DNA of 35,912 nt, taken from Bacillota bacterium. Its GTDB lineage: Bacteria; Bacillota; Dethiobacteria; DTU022. Location: NCBI GenBank assembly GCA_012510325.1, contig JAAZIG010000012.1:1-35912 (forward strand), read 5' to 3'. Position numbers and translations under genes: made by a program. Positions 25,726 through 34,579 of the stretch are shown here, piece after piece (position 1 is the first letter of the stretch; each line of letters opens with the position of its first letter). The notes beneath the pieces were generated by a model that was not told the DNA's origin, did no database searches, and worked only from the letters and a program-made list of their open reading frames with translations.

Positions 25726-26634
25726 TTAATCGCGATAATCGATGACCGCCTCTTTTTCCAACCGCTCGATCAGTTCATGGATCAACAGGGGCACCTTCTC
25801 CCCCCTGATCTCCTCCTTAACCTTTTCCGCGACCTCTTCATAGGTCACCGCGCGCCCTTCCTTGCGCTCAAGGGTCTCGATGATATGGTAACCGTGGGTG
25901 CTCTTTACCGGTTCGCTTCTCTCACCATCGCCGAGAGCAAAGGCAACCTCCTCGAACTCCTTGACCATCCGTCCCCGCGGAAAGAAACCCAGATCGCCGC
26001 CCTGATCCTTCGATCCGGGGTCTGTGGAAAGCTCTTTGGCCAGCTCGGCGAAATCTTCCTCTTTCTCCAGGCGGGAGATCGCCTCCAGGGCTTCTTCCTC
26101 GGTTTTCACGAGGATATGGCGTGCCCTGACCTCTTCGGGAATATCATAATTTTCCTTGTTTTCATTAAAATATTCAAGGGCATCGGCTTCGCTGATCTCG
26201 AGGTCCGCTTCGACAATCTTTCTGGCCATAATATTGATCCGGGCATTGTCCTGGATCATCTGCAAAGAATAGCCCTGCTGCGCCAGAAAGGAGTCAAATT
26301 GTTCTTTCGCCCCCATGAAATGCTCGCCGATAACGGTGTCGATCTCCGCATCGATCTCCTCGTCGCTGACTGTAACACCACATTTTTTGGCTTCCTGTAT
26401 GATCAGCTGCCGGAAAACAAGGCCCTCCAGGGTCTCCTTGCCGCCCTCTGTATACATCGCCTCGTAGAGTTCGCTGCGCTTGATCTTCTTCCCGTTGACC
26501 ACCGCAACAGTCGGGTTGAACTGCATGGAGATAATCACCGCCGCCGCCCCCAGGATCACCAGAGCCAAAACCGCCAAAATAATGTTTTGCGGTTTTAGAA
26601 AAGCGCTCTCCCTCTTCTTCTCCATTGTATCCAT
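25726..26634 (-). CDS. prsA: PrsA/SurA-like parvulin peptidyl-prolyl isomerase (membrane-anchored foldase)
   Basis: N-terminal TM anchor and a parvulin core: ARHILV ... [21 protein letters not shown] ... STHGYHII. Confidence 0.85.
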   Translation of the reverse strand: MDTMEKKRESAFLKPQNIILAVLALVILGAAAVIISMQFNPTVAVVNGKKIKRSELYEAMYTEGGKETLEGLVFRQLIIQEAKKCGVTVSDEEIDAEIDTVIGEHFMGAKEQFDSFLAQQGYSLQMIQDNARINIMARKIVEADLEISEADALEYFNENKENYDIPEEVRARHILVKTEEEALEAISRLEKEEDFAELAKELSTDPGSKDQGGDLGFFPRGRMVKEFEEVAFALGDGERSEPVKSTHGYHIIETLERKEGRAVTYEEVAEKVKEEIRGEKVPLLIHELIERLEKEAVIDYRD

Positions 26635-26692
26635 ATCGGGAACCTCTTTTCTATCAAAAGTAAGTGCATCTCTGACCGTTTGATCACCACAA

Positions 26693-26723
26693 ATTATATC
26701 ACGACCGGCGCCGGCACCGTCAA
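26693..26723 (-). promoter_or_regulatory. Promoter candidate for prsA with extended -10
   Basis: On the minus strand: TTGACG, a 19-nt spacer, then TATAAT preceded by TGA (TGnTATAAT). The spacer is long but the extended -10 compensates. Confidence 0.5.
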
Positions 26724-26786
26724 CTTGTTAAAATACCCTTTATTCAGCAGAATTTCCGGTGATCCGGGTAAATTCCCCCGAGGGGC

Positions 26787-27659
26787 TCAGGGGATAATTT
26801 TGTTCAGTGGAAATTCCACAATCCCCTCGGCTCCCGCTTCTTTCAGCTTGTAGACCAGGTCACGGACGGTCTTCTCCTCGACGACGCTTTCCACCGCCAC
26901 CCACTTGTCCTCGCTGAGGGTGGAGACGGTCGGCTTGCGCAGAGCCGGCAGGCTGGCGATAACTTTCTCCAGATTGTCGCGGTGTACATTCATCTTCAGC
27001 ATAACTTTCTGCTCCGCCAGCAGCGCTCCCCGCAGCAGGGTGATCATATGCTCCACTTTTTTCCTTTTCCAGGAATCGCTCCAGCTGGCCTCATTCATGA
27101 TCACCCGCGGGGTGGACACCAGAATGGTTTCGATCACCCGCAGGTTGTTTGCCTTCAGAGAACGCCCTGTTTCGGTGAGCTCGGCGATGGCATCGGCCAG
27201 AAGAGGCGGCTTGACCTCCGTCGCCCCCCAGGAGAAGAGCACCGTTGCGCTGACCCCCTGACCTTGCAGATAGCGCCTGGTGGTCTCCACAAGCTCCGTG
27301 GCCACCCGCTTCCCCTCAAGATCGGCAACAGTGTTTATCGCCGAATCCCGGGGCACCGCCAGCACCAGGCGCACCGGCCGCAGGCCCCTTTTGGAAAAAG
27401 CCAGCTCGGCCATCTCTTTGACCTCGACCCCGGTCTCGACAATCCAGTCTTTGCCGGTGAGCCCGACATCGAGAACCTCTTCGGCAACATATTTGGCGAT
27501 CTCCTGGGCGCGGATCAAAACGCATTCGATCTCGTCATCGTCTATGTAAGGATAGTATGAACGCTCGCCGATACTGATATTGTAGCCCGCCTTCTTAAAG
27601 ATCTCCATGGTCGATTCTTGCAAACTTCCTGCCGGAAGCCCCAATTTAAGCTTGTTCAA
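26787..27659 (-). CDS. hisG: ATP phosphoribosyltransferase, long form with C-terminal regulatory domain
   Basis: LKLGLPAGSLQE..., GLTGKDW, the LVAVPRD-equivalent LVLAVPRDS, and a C-terminal HisG_C-like PTVSTLSEDKWVAVESVV. 290 aa. TTG start. Confidence 0.9.
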   Translation of the reverse strand: MNKLKLGLPAGSLQESTMEIFKKAGYNISIGERSYYPYIDDDEIECVLIRAQEIAKYVAEEVLDVGLTGKDWIVETGVEVKEMAELAFSKRGLRPVRLVLAVPRDSAINTVADLEGKRVATELVETTRRYLQGQGVSATVLFSWGATEVKPPLLADAIAELTETGRSLKANNLRVIETILVSTPRVIMNEASWSDSWKRKKVEHMITLLRGALLAEQKVMLKMNVHRDNLEKVIASLPALRKPTVSTLSEDKWVAVESVVEEKTVRDLVYKLKEAGAEGIVEFPLNKIIP

Positions 27660-27707
27660 CCCTGTTCCTCTTCCCTTCGCTTTTGATGCTGTTGCATGGC
27701 TGCATCT

Positions 27708-27736
27708 ACGCTATCATCTATGGAAGTTGCTGTCAA
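27708..27736 (-). promoter_or_regulatory. Weak promoter candidate for hisG
   Basis: On the minus strand: TTGACA, a 17-nt spacer, then TAGCGT preceded by TGA (extended -10-like). Confidence 0.35.
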
Positions 27737-27895
27737 CAGCTTTTCAGCACCCCCATTGGGTCCGCTTGCAGGAGGGCAGCTCCGGGAAATGCCGAATTGG
27801 GGGAATGCCGTGAGACCGGCAGGATTTAGCAGAACCCAAGGCGAATCTTCTTAAAGTATCGAAATTTCCGTTAAACAAAAAAGGAGGTCCAGCCT

Positions 27896-29227
27896 ATGTC
27901 CTCCAGTGAGATGAAGCGTGCCAAACGCCACCTGGAGACCACCCGTAAAATGAAAGATATGCTGCCGCGCTTCTTTATGCGCACCTTCGAAAGGCGCTTC
28001 AGCAATGAGCCGCTGGCCTGGTGTATGGTCGGAGTGCCGCCGGAGCTGTTGAAGGCGTTTGACCTGCTCTGGGAATGGCCGGAAAACTTCGGCACCCTCT
28101 GTGCCAGCCGCCTTGTCGCCCCCGATTTTATTAAAACAGCCGAAGGAGACGGCTACTCTCCGGAGCTCTGCACCTATGTCACCAATACGATGGGCTACTG
28201 CAAGCGCTGGATCGAAGCCGGGGAACCTCCCGAGGAATCGCCCATGCCCGGCGGAATGGGCAACCCGACCATGCTTTTAGGATCGGGATTTCTCTGTGAA
28301 CCGCGCTACAAGTGGTTCCAGGCCATCGCCACCCGTTTTCTCGATGTCCCCGTCTACAGCAGCGATCCCCTGGCCCCGCCCTGGGATGTCGATCCCCACG
28401 ACCCCCGCATCGCCGCTCATTACAAGGATCTGCTGCGCGAAGACCTGCACGGCCAGGTTGAATTTCTGGAGCGGCACACGGGCAAAAAGTTGGATCTGGA
28501 CCTTTTGCGCGAGATCATGGCTCTCTCCCATGAAGCGCTGGCCTACTGGCGGGATACGCTGATGCTGCGTCAGGCTGTCCCCTGCCCCATGGGCTCCACC
28601 GACTACTTTTCCGCGATCATCCCGCAGATGTATATGGTCGGCGAACAGGACGCTGTCGATTTTTACCGGGAGATGTATCACGAAGTCAAGGACCGGGTCG
28701 AGCGCAAAGTGGGTATCGTCGAAGAAGAAAAATACCGCCTGGTCTGGTTCGGGCTGCCCCCCTGGTTCAACCTGGGCTTCTTCAACTATCTTGAATCGCT
28801 TGGGGCGGTCGTGGCTCTGGAGTCTACGTACAACGTCGGCGATTGGTTTGAGGTGGAGCTGGATGATCCGCTGGAAGCCATCGTCGAGCGGGCCTGGGCG
28901 CGCACCGTGCGGATGCATGAGTATGGAACCGAGGCCATGCCCGAGCTCTGCAACCCCGCAGTCTTCGGCGGTTTTGTCGGCAGCGATATTCTTAAGGAAT
29001 TTGTTGACCAGTTCCACCTCGATGGAGCAGTGATGCACCTGACCCGCTCATGCCGCGCCGTCTCTTTTGGCGAGGTCCATACCCGAAATCGTCTGGCGGA
29101 GTTCGGGGTGCCCTCACTGATTTTTGAAAGTGATATGGCTGATCCCCGTCTCTGGTCCGATGCCCAGATCAAGACAAGGGTGCACGCCTTTATCGAAACC
29201 CTGGCCGGCAGGGCGGCCAAACGCTGA
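27896..29227 (+). CDS. 2-hydroxyacyl-CoA dehydratase/benzoyl-CoA reductase (HGD-D) family subunit
   Basis: LAWCMVGVPPELLKAFDL is an N-terminal motif typical of the family. Conserved Cys positions are present. 443 aa. RBS AAGGAGG. Confidence 0.75.
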   Translation: MSSSEMKRAKRHLETTRKMKDMLPRFFMRTFERRFSNEPLAWCMVGVPPELLKAFDLLWEWPENFGTLCASRLVAPDFIKTAEGDGYSPELCTYVTNTMGYCKRWIEAGEPPEESPMPGGMGNPTMLLGSGFLCEPRYKWFQAIATRFLDVPVYSSDPLAPPWDVDPHDPRIAAHYKDLLREDLHGQVEFLERHTGKKLDLDLLREIMALSHEALAYWRDTLMLRQAVPCPMGSTDYFSAIIPQMYMVGEQDAVDFYREMYHEVKDRVERKVGIVEEEKYRLVWFGLPPWFNLGFFNYLESLGAVVALESTYNVGDWFEVELDDPLEAIVERAWARTVRMHEYGTEAMPELCNPAVFGGFVGSDILKEFVDQFHLDGAVMHLTRSCRAVSFGEVHTRNRLAEFGVPSLIFESDMADPRLWSDAQIKTRVHAFIETLAGRAAKR

Positions 29228-29287
29228 GCTCGAGCCGGCCGGAAGGCGTCTCCGGGCTATATCTTACTGTAAGGAGAGATCACAGGA

Positions 29288-30421
29288 ATGCAAAAATTAT
29301 CAGGGCTGGCTCGCGCGGCAGCGATCGCCTCGCAACCGGAAGCGCGGGTTAAGGAACTGCGGCGGGAAAGCGGCAAACCGGTAATCGGCTATCTCTGCTG
29401 CTTCGCCCCGCCCGAGATCATCAGCGCCGCCGGAGCAATCCCGTACCGGATTACCGGCCGTCCCGGCGAACCGACCGCTGAAGCAGATGCCTACATAGAG
29501 CCATACGGCTGCACCTATGTGCGCAATGTCTTCACTCAGGGTCTCAAAAAGCGCCTCGATTTCCTGGACGGGCTGGTTATCCCACACAGCTGCGATATGA
29601 TCCAGCGCCTTTACGGGATCTGGACCTACTACCATCCTTTCCCCTATTCGCGTCTCTTCAATGTCCCGCACCAGGTGACCCCCTGGGCGGAACGCTTTTT
29701 AAAACGTGAGTTCATCTTTTTCCAGGAAAGCCTGGAACAATATACCGGAGAGAAGGTCACCGAAGAGAAACTGCGCCGGGAGATCGAGCTGACCAATCGC
29801 AACCGCGCCCTCATCCGTGAACTTTACCGCCACCGGCTGGAGAACCCCCCGCTGATCAAGGGCAGCGAAATGCTCAGTCTGCTGCTGGCCGGCGGATGGC
29901 TCCCCCCGGAGGACTTCAATGGGTTGCTGACCGAAGCGCTGGCGGAAGTGGAGAAGAGAACCCCCGAGGGGCCGGCGCGCCCGCGGATCCTGGTCTGGGG
30001 CAGCCTGCTCGATGATGTCGCCTTCTACCGGATGATCGAAGAGGCCGGCGGAGACGTTGTCGCCGACGATATCTGTATCGGTATGCGCCTTTTCGAAAAG
30101 GATATCGATATCTCCGGCGATCTTTACGATGGGTTGAAAGAACATTACTTCGTCAATTTCCAGTGTCCCCGCACCGACCGCGGTCCGGGCCTGACGCGTT
30201 TCGACTATCTTCTGGAAAGAGCCCGCGAATATAATATCGACGGAGTGATCGCCTACATCATCTCATTCTGTGATCCCCATAAATTTGATTACCCGGATTT
30301 ACGGGATTACCTCAAGGAAGCGGACTACCCGATGCTGCTTATCGATGACAACTACAGCTTTACCCCCGCCGGGACCATTCAGACCAGATTGGAAGCCTTT
30401 ACCGAGCTGTTAGGGTCTTAG
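29288..30421 (+). CDS. 2-hydroxyacyl-CoA dehydratase (HGD-D) family subunit, partner of the preceding gene
   Basis: VIGYLCCFAPPEIISAAGAIPYRITG and later CPRTDRG and SFCDPHKFDYP, typical of the family. RBS AAGGAGAG. Confidence 0.8.
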   Translation: MQKLSGLARAAAIASQPEARVKELRRESGKPVIGYLCCFAPPEIISAAGAIPYRITGRPGEPTAEADAYIEPYGCTYVRNVFTQGLKKRLDFLDGLVIPHSCDMIQRLYGIWTYYHPFPYSRLFNVPHQVTPWAERFLKREFIFFQESLEQYTGEKVTEEKLRREIELTNRNRALIRELYRHRLENPPLIKGSEMLSLLLAGGWLPPEDFNGLLTEALAEVEKRTPEGPARPRILVWGSLLDDVAFYRMIEEAGGDVVADDICIGMRLFEKDIDISGDLYDGLKEHYFVNFQCPRTDRGPGLTRFDYLLERAREYNIDGVIAYIISFCDPHKFDYPDLRDYLKEADYPMLLIDDNYSFTPAGTIQTRLEAFTELLGS

Positions 30422-30441
30422 ATTTTTATCGGCTTATGGAG

Positions 30442-30489
30442 CGGAGGATCCCCGCCTGCACCGCAGGCAGGAGGGGGATCCTCCGTTTT
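30442..30489 (+). terminator. Intrinsic terminator after the dehydratase pair
   Basis: CGGAGGATCCCC pairs with GGGGATCCTCCG (12 bp) around an inner hairpin GCCTGC-acc-GCAGGC, followed by TTTTG. Confidence 0.7.
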
Positions 30490-30723
30490 GCCTGGGTTTT
30501 CTCCACCAACCTGAAGCCCTGCGCAGGCGTCGCTTTTTAGTCAAGTCGCTCTCCGGTGATACCGCCCCCCGTTCGAAAAAGCGGTAACCATCACCTCCCG
30601 AAGCCCCCTCTCCCGGGGGAAAATACCCTTGTCACCCCTGCACACATATGAGAGAATAGAGCCATTAACCTGGTAGAAACAGAAGCAGGCAGAACATTCG
30701 CAGGCAAAGGTGTGTGATCGTCG

Positions 30724-31965
30724 ATGGCACTAATTGTTCAAAAATTCGGAGGCAGTTCCCTGGCAACAGCAGAACATCTCCGGCGGGTCGCCCATATAAT
30801 TGCCAGGACCAGGAATAACGGCCACTCCGTTGTGGTCGTGGTCTCGGCCATGGGCGGTGAAACCGACCGGCTTTTAAATCTGGCCGCTGAGATAACTGCG
30901 GTGCAGCCCCCCCGGGAGCTCGATGCTCTCCTATCCACCGGCGAGCAGGTTAGCGCCGCCCTTCTGGCGATCACCCTTGAAAGTATGAAGATTCCCGCCC
31001 GCTCCTATCTGGGGCTGCAGCTGCCCCTGCGGACGGACTATAACCATACGCGGGCACGCATTGTCGAACTTCCTACCGAACAGCTTCAGGAAACCCTGAC
31101 CCGGGGAATTATTCCGATAGTCGCCGGCTTTCAGGGGGTCAGCCCCGGCGGTGATATCACCACTCTGGGCCGGGGAGGATCCGACACTTCGGCGGTGGCG
31201 CTGGCCGCAGCGCTGCGAGCGGACCGCTGTGAGATTCACAGCGATGTCGACGGGGTCTACACCGCCGACCCGGCGATCTGCCCGCGGGCCCGCCATCTGC
31301 GCCGGATCAGCTACGGCGAGATGCTGGAGATGGCCGATATGGGCGCCAAAATATTGCAGATCCGCTCCGTGGAGCTGGCCCGTAAATTCAAGGTCCCCCT
31401 GCTGATCAAGTCTTCTTTTGGCGGTGACCGGTGCACCTGGATCGTAGAGGAGGAAGAAAACGAAATGGAAAGTGCAGTGATTAGCGGTATCATCCTGAGC
31501 CACAACGAGGCCAAACTGTCCGTTATCCGGGTCCCCGACCGCCCCGGAATCGCCTACCAGATCCTCTCCCCCCTGGCGGAGGCGGATATCAATGTGGATA
31601 TGATCATTCAAAATGCGAGCATCGACGGCCACACCGACTTTACCTTTACTGTTCCCAAAAGCGAACTGACCAAGGCGAGAGAGCTGGTCGAGGAAGTCAT
31701 CCCGAAAATCGACGCCCGGGAGCTCTCCACCGACGACGGCATCGTCAAGATATCCGCGGTGGGACTGGGGATAAAAAACTGCCCCGGCGTCGCCGCCCGG
31801 ATGTTCCAGACCCTGGCCGACGAAGGGATCAATATCCAGATGATCAGCACCTCCGACATCCGTCTCTCCTGCGTCATCGAAGCAAAATATGGGGAGCTGG
31901 CCGTGCGGGTGCTGCATGACCTCTTCGGCCTGGAGAAGAACAACAACCTTGATTCGTTCAGGTAG
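30724..31965 (+). CDS. lysC: Aspartate kinase (monofunctional, two ACT domains)
   Basis: MALIVQKFGGSSL, VVVVSAMGGETD, TLGRGGSDTSAVALA and a C-terminal ACT pair. Confidence 0.95.
   Translation: MALIVQKFGGSSLATAEHLRRVAHIIARTRNNGHSVVVVVSAMGGETDRLLNLAAEITAVQPPRELDALLSTGEQVSAALLAITLESMKIPARSYLGLQLPLRTDYNHTRARIVELPTEQLQETLTRGIIPIVAGFQGVSPGGDITTLGRGGSDTSAVALAAALRADRCEIHSDVDGVYTADPAICPRARHLRRISYGEMLEMADMGAKILQIRSVELARKFKVPLLIKSSFGGDRCTWIVEEEENEMESAVISGIILSHNEAKLSVIRVPDRPGIAYQILSPLAEADINVDMIIQNASIDGHTDFTFTVPKSELTKARELVEEVIPKIDARELSTDDGIVKISAVGLGIKNCPGVAARMFQTLADEGINIQMISTSDIRLSCVIEAKYGELAVRVLHDLFGLEKNNNLDSFR
31447..31467 (+). promoter_or_regulatory. Internal RBS plus in-frame ATG, candidate start of an aspartate kinase beta subunit
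   Basis: GAGGAGGAAG, 8 nt, then ATG (codon 248, MESAVISGI...) at the beginning of the ACT region. Confidence 0.4.
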
Positions 31966-32039
31966 CCCGGTGGCGGCGCACACGCCCCCCCACCGGTCCG
32001 GGGAAACAACTCCCCATCTGTAAAATATCGGCCCACCGG

Positions 32040-32062
32040 TGCGGGGTGGGCCAATATTTCGG
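32040..32062. terminator. Bidirectional terminator between lysC and the HesB-like gene
   Basis: GGCCCACC-ggtgcgg-GGTGGGCC, flanked by AAAATATC on the left and AATATTT on the right. Confidence 0.6.
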
Positions 32063-32107
32063 CACGATCTTTTTGCGAAGCTGCCGCAGACGTGGCGCAG
32101 AGCTGTT

Positions 32108-32416
32108 TTAGCAGCTGCAACCGCCACCTGAACAGTCCGGCTCTGCGGCGGTGACGGTGAAACCAGGGTGAACACCACTTTGGTAATCGATCGCTTTGCC
32201 GTTCACAAATGGAGCGATCCCTTTCCGATAGGTAAACACAAGCCCATCTATCTTGGCAACCATATCGTACTCCTCATCGATTGACTCATCCAGAGCCAGC
32301 CCCAGGCGGGGGCCGCCTCACCCTGCGCCCTTCAGGTAAAGGCGGATTGCATGGTTCTCTTTACCCGTCAGGATCTCCCTCAGCTGCCGGGCGGCTGCTT
32401 CTGTTACCGTGATCAT
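32108..32416 (-). CDS. HesB/IscA-like selenoprotein (in-frame TGA read as selenocysteine at codon 33)
   Basis: This gene is absent from the ORF track. The minus-strand translation is MITVTEAAARQLREILTGKENHAIRLYLKGAG-U-GGPRLGLALDE...PGFTVTAAEPDCSGGGCSC (102 aa). It aligns with IscA/HesB (LRLGVRTSGCSGMAY... and a C-terminal CxC), with TGA (32318..32320) exactly at the first conserved Cys. Strong RBS AAGGGGGAAGGG. A GC hairpin lies directly 3' of the TGA. Confidence 0.8.
32285..32317 (-). promoter_or_regulatory. Candidate bacterial SECIS element
   Basis: The RNA immediately after UGA is GGCGGCCCCCGCCUGGGGCUGGCUCUGGAUGAG. It can form GCCCC-cgccu-GGGGC or GGCGG-ccc-CCGCC hairpins. The exact fold was not computed. 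Confidence 0.45.
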
Positions 32417-32701
32417 TTCCCTTCCCCCTTTTCTTTTTCAGAGACGAGAGACGAAGGGTTATATTCGGCCTGATTTCGAGAAATCCTGCTCCCGTTGCCT
32501 AAAGGGCAACAGTAGATAACGCTGCCACGCTTGACAGTGAATCAGACCGGCTCCGCTTCCGTTTATCCCGTACAGAAATGATTGCCGATTCTAAGCCCGG
32601 CGGGAACGGCATATAGATTAGCATGGCTCTGCACCGGGCCGGGCAGTCCATTCTCGACAACGGCAACGCCGGCCCCACCCCCCGTAAAAGAGGCGTTGGC
32701 T

Positions 32702-33478
32702 GTGTCCTTTTTCCGTAATGTCAGCGTGATTTCCCTTCCTTCATCTGTCTGGCCCTTCCTGGCCCTGCTGGGGCTGGCGCTGGCGCTGGCGGTTTATCCG
32801 GCCCCCCTCTCAAACCCTGTCTCCCTCTACTTCGGCAGCCCGATCAAGGGGATCATCGTAGCGCTGGATCCCGGCCACGGCGGAATCGACTCCGGGACTC
32901 ATTACGAAGCGATCTTGCTGGAAAAAGAGATCGTTTTGGAGGTGGGGCTGGAGCTGCGCCGCCTGCTGGAGCAGGCCGGCGCGCAGGTGATGATCACCAG
33001 GGTGAAAGATGAAGAGCTGAGTTATCATTTTCCTGACAGCGGCCTCGCCCGCCACCGCCGTGACATCCGGGGACGGGTCAAGCTGATCAACAGCTCACAG
33101 GCCGATCTGCTGATCAGTCTTCATGTCAATTCCATCCATGATCCCACTGTCAGGGGGCCTATCGCCTTTTACAGCGCCGGAAATCCGGAGAGCAAACGCC
33201 TCGCCGCGGCGGTCCATAATGCGCTCAATCCGCTTTTCAGCACCGACGCCAAACCGGGCCAGCTGGTCCATCAGGATCCGCAGGAGAGCAGCGCCTACTA
33301 TCTTCTCAATGAGACCGCCATGCCCGGCATTATCCTGGAGATCGGCTTTATGACCAACACCGACGATCGCCGGATGCTGGAAAAGGGATCATCCCGCCAT
33401 GAGATCGCCCGGGCAATTTTCCTCGGTGTTTTGGACTATGTCTATGGGAACACAGAGCCCGCAGAAGGGAGCCCCTAA
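32702..33478 (+). CDS. cwlD: N-acetylmuramoyl-L-alanine amidase (Amidase_3), CwlD-like germination-specific type
   Basis: Signal anchor, then VALDPGHGGIDSG, LISLHVNS and ILEIGFMTNTDD. GTG 32702 follows RBS AAAGAGG and gives 258 aa. The 40 upstream codons in the track are unsupported. Confidence 0.8.
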   Translation: MSFFRNVSVISLPSSVWPFLALLGLALALAVYPAPLSNPVSLYFGSPIKGIIVALDPGHGGIDSGTHYEAILLEKEIVLEVGLELRRLLEQAGAQVMITRVKDEELSYHFPDSGLARHRRDIRGRVKLINSSQADLLISLHVNSIHDPTVRGPIAFYSAGNPESKRLAAAVHNALNPLFSTDAKPGQLVHQDPQESSAYYLLNETAMPGIILEIGFMTNTDDRRMLEKGSSRHEIARAIFLGVLDYVYGNTEPAEGSP

Positions 33479-33487
33479 TTTACCACT

Positions 33488-34336
33488 TTACCGTTTCTGC
33501 TCCAGATATTTACATAGCGGCAGTCCCGATTCCTTCCATTCCCCCGCCGCCTCGACCCCGATGTAACGGTAGTGCCAGGGCTCAAACTTATATCCGGTAA
33601 TCTCCTGGGCACCCCGGGGATAGCTCAGGGCAAAGCCGTACTCATGAGCGTGCTCCGCCAGCCAGACGTGCTGTGCGGCGCCGGCGGAGATATCGATATT
33701 AAAATCGAGGGTTGTGCCCAGCTGGTGTTCCGACTGTCCGGCCCGGGCGCTGTATGTCACCGCTTTCGCTTCACCGTCTTTTTTGACCCAGTAGTTGAAA
33801 GTACTGACCTGTGTGTCGTAACTGCGATAGGCCGAGGTCACTGTCAGCTGCACCCCGTCGTTCTCTTGGGCGGCCTGCCACATCTGTTTCAAGTGCTGCA
33901 GCGGTTCACGGCGCAGGTAGTACTTTCCGCCGCGACGGTCCGGATGAACAATTTCGGCGGGGATCTGTTCAAGATCGGTCGGCGCATAGCGGCCCAGAGT
34001 GGTCTCTTTGGTCACCAGAGCAAAATAATCATCGCCGTCAACCGGCACAAATGAGTCCTTTTTCGGAGAAGGCGGCTCCGGTACCGGCTCGGGATCCGGC
34101 GCATCGAGCTGCTCTCCCTCCGGCTCGGGCTGGACCACCGGTTTCTCCACGGGCTCGGGGAGCTCCTCAGGCGGATCCGGTTCCTGTTCTTCAGCTCCGG
34201 GATCCGGTTTGAACATAGCCAGCAGCTCTGCGCGGTAGAGATATCCGGAAAGGATCAGCAAGGCACAGAATAGGATGATGGCGAAACGTCCAATCCGGTG
34301 AATTCTTCTTCTTGGGGTGCCCCGGCCGCGAACCAT
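33488..34336 (-). CDS. M15-family (VanY-like) D-alanyl-D-alanine carboxypeptidase, membrane anchored with a Pro/Glu-rich linker
   Basis: SAYRSYDTQ, SEHQLGTTLD and EPWHYRYIG form the VanY zinc-site pattern. An N-terminal TM helix is followed by a PEPxPEP low-complexity linker. Confidence 0.85.
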   Translation of the reverse strand: MVRGRGTPRRRIHRIGRFAIILFCALLILSGYLYRAELLAMFKPDPGAEEQEPDPPEELPEPVEKPVVQPEPEGEQLDAPDPEPVPEPPSPKKDSFVPVDGDDYFALVTKETTLGRYAPTDLEQIPAEIVHPDRRGGKYYLRREPLQHLKQMWQAAQENDGVQLTVTSAYRSYDTQVSTFNYWVKKDGEAKAVTYSARAGQSEHQLGTTLDFNIDISAGAAQHVWLAEHAHEYGFALSYPRGAQEITGYKFEPWHYRYIGVEAAGEWKESGLPLCKYLEQKR

Positions 34337-34517
34337 CCCATTACCGCCCTTCCTTCATTTTGCACTGATGATAAATTATTGCCAGCATGGATAATTCGAC
34401 ATTTTTCTTGCTAATTCCTGTTGGACAAATAAAATTACCCCTCTATGGTGAACCTTTACCCGGCAGCCTATTCTGATCGCCCCAAAGGCGCTCCGCTCCC
34501 GGAAAACACGAGACACC

Positions 34518-34550
34518 GGAGAAAGTGAAGGGGCGGCCTGCTGCCGCCCC
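34518..34550 (-). terminator. Intrinsic terminator after the heptad-repeat protein gene
   Basis: On the minus strand: GGGGCGGC-agcag-GCCGCCCC followed by TTCACTTTCT. Confidence 0.65.
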
Positions 34551-34579
34551 TCTGCTGGTGAGGATGTTAGACGGGGTGT

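Noticed and set aside
25777-26598. 273-aa + strand ORF opposite prsA
   Set aside because: The minus strand encodes a textbook parvulin PPIase. The + ORF has no motifs and no RBS.
27660-27736. T-box leader upstream of hisG
   Set aside because: The leader from the candidate promoter is only about 50 nt, far too short for a T-box. No T-box sequence (AGAGA...GGUGGNACCGCG) is visible.
28277-29038. 253-aa minus-strand ORF inside the first dehydratase subunit gene (similar cases at 19598..20254, 20824..21528 and 34611..35237)
   Set aside because: All are antisense to genes with family motifs and strong RBSs, which is the high-GC shadow ORF pattern.
30490-30723. L-box (lysine) riboswitch upstream of lysC
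   Set aside because: The core elements (AGAGGNGC, GCCGAAG and others) are not recognisable by eye. Only generic hairpins and a CTTGTCA-like bit are present. This was not verified computationally.
30931-32178. 415-aa minus-strand ORF antisense to lysC
   Set aside because: lysC on the + strand is unambiguous. The antisense product has no recognisable motifs and crosses the bidirectional terminator. Its 3' part is in a different frame from the real HesB-like gene.
32582-32701. Upstream extension of the cwlD ORF
   Set aside because: The extension is Pro/Thr-rich and unlike the family. GTG 32702, preceded by AAAGAGG, gives a normal signal-anchor start.
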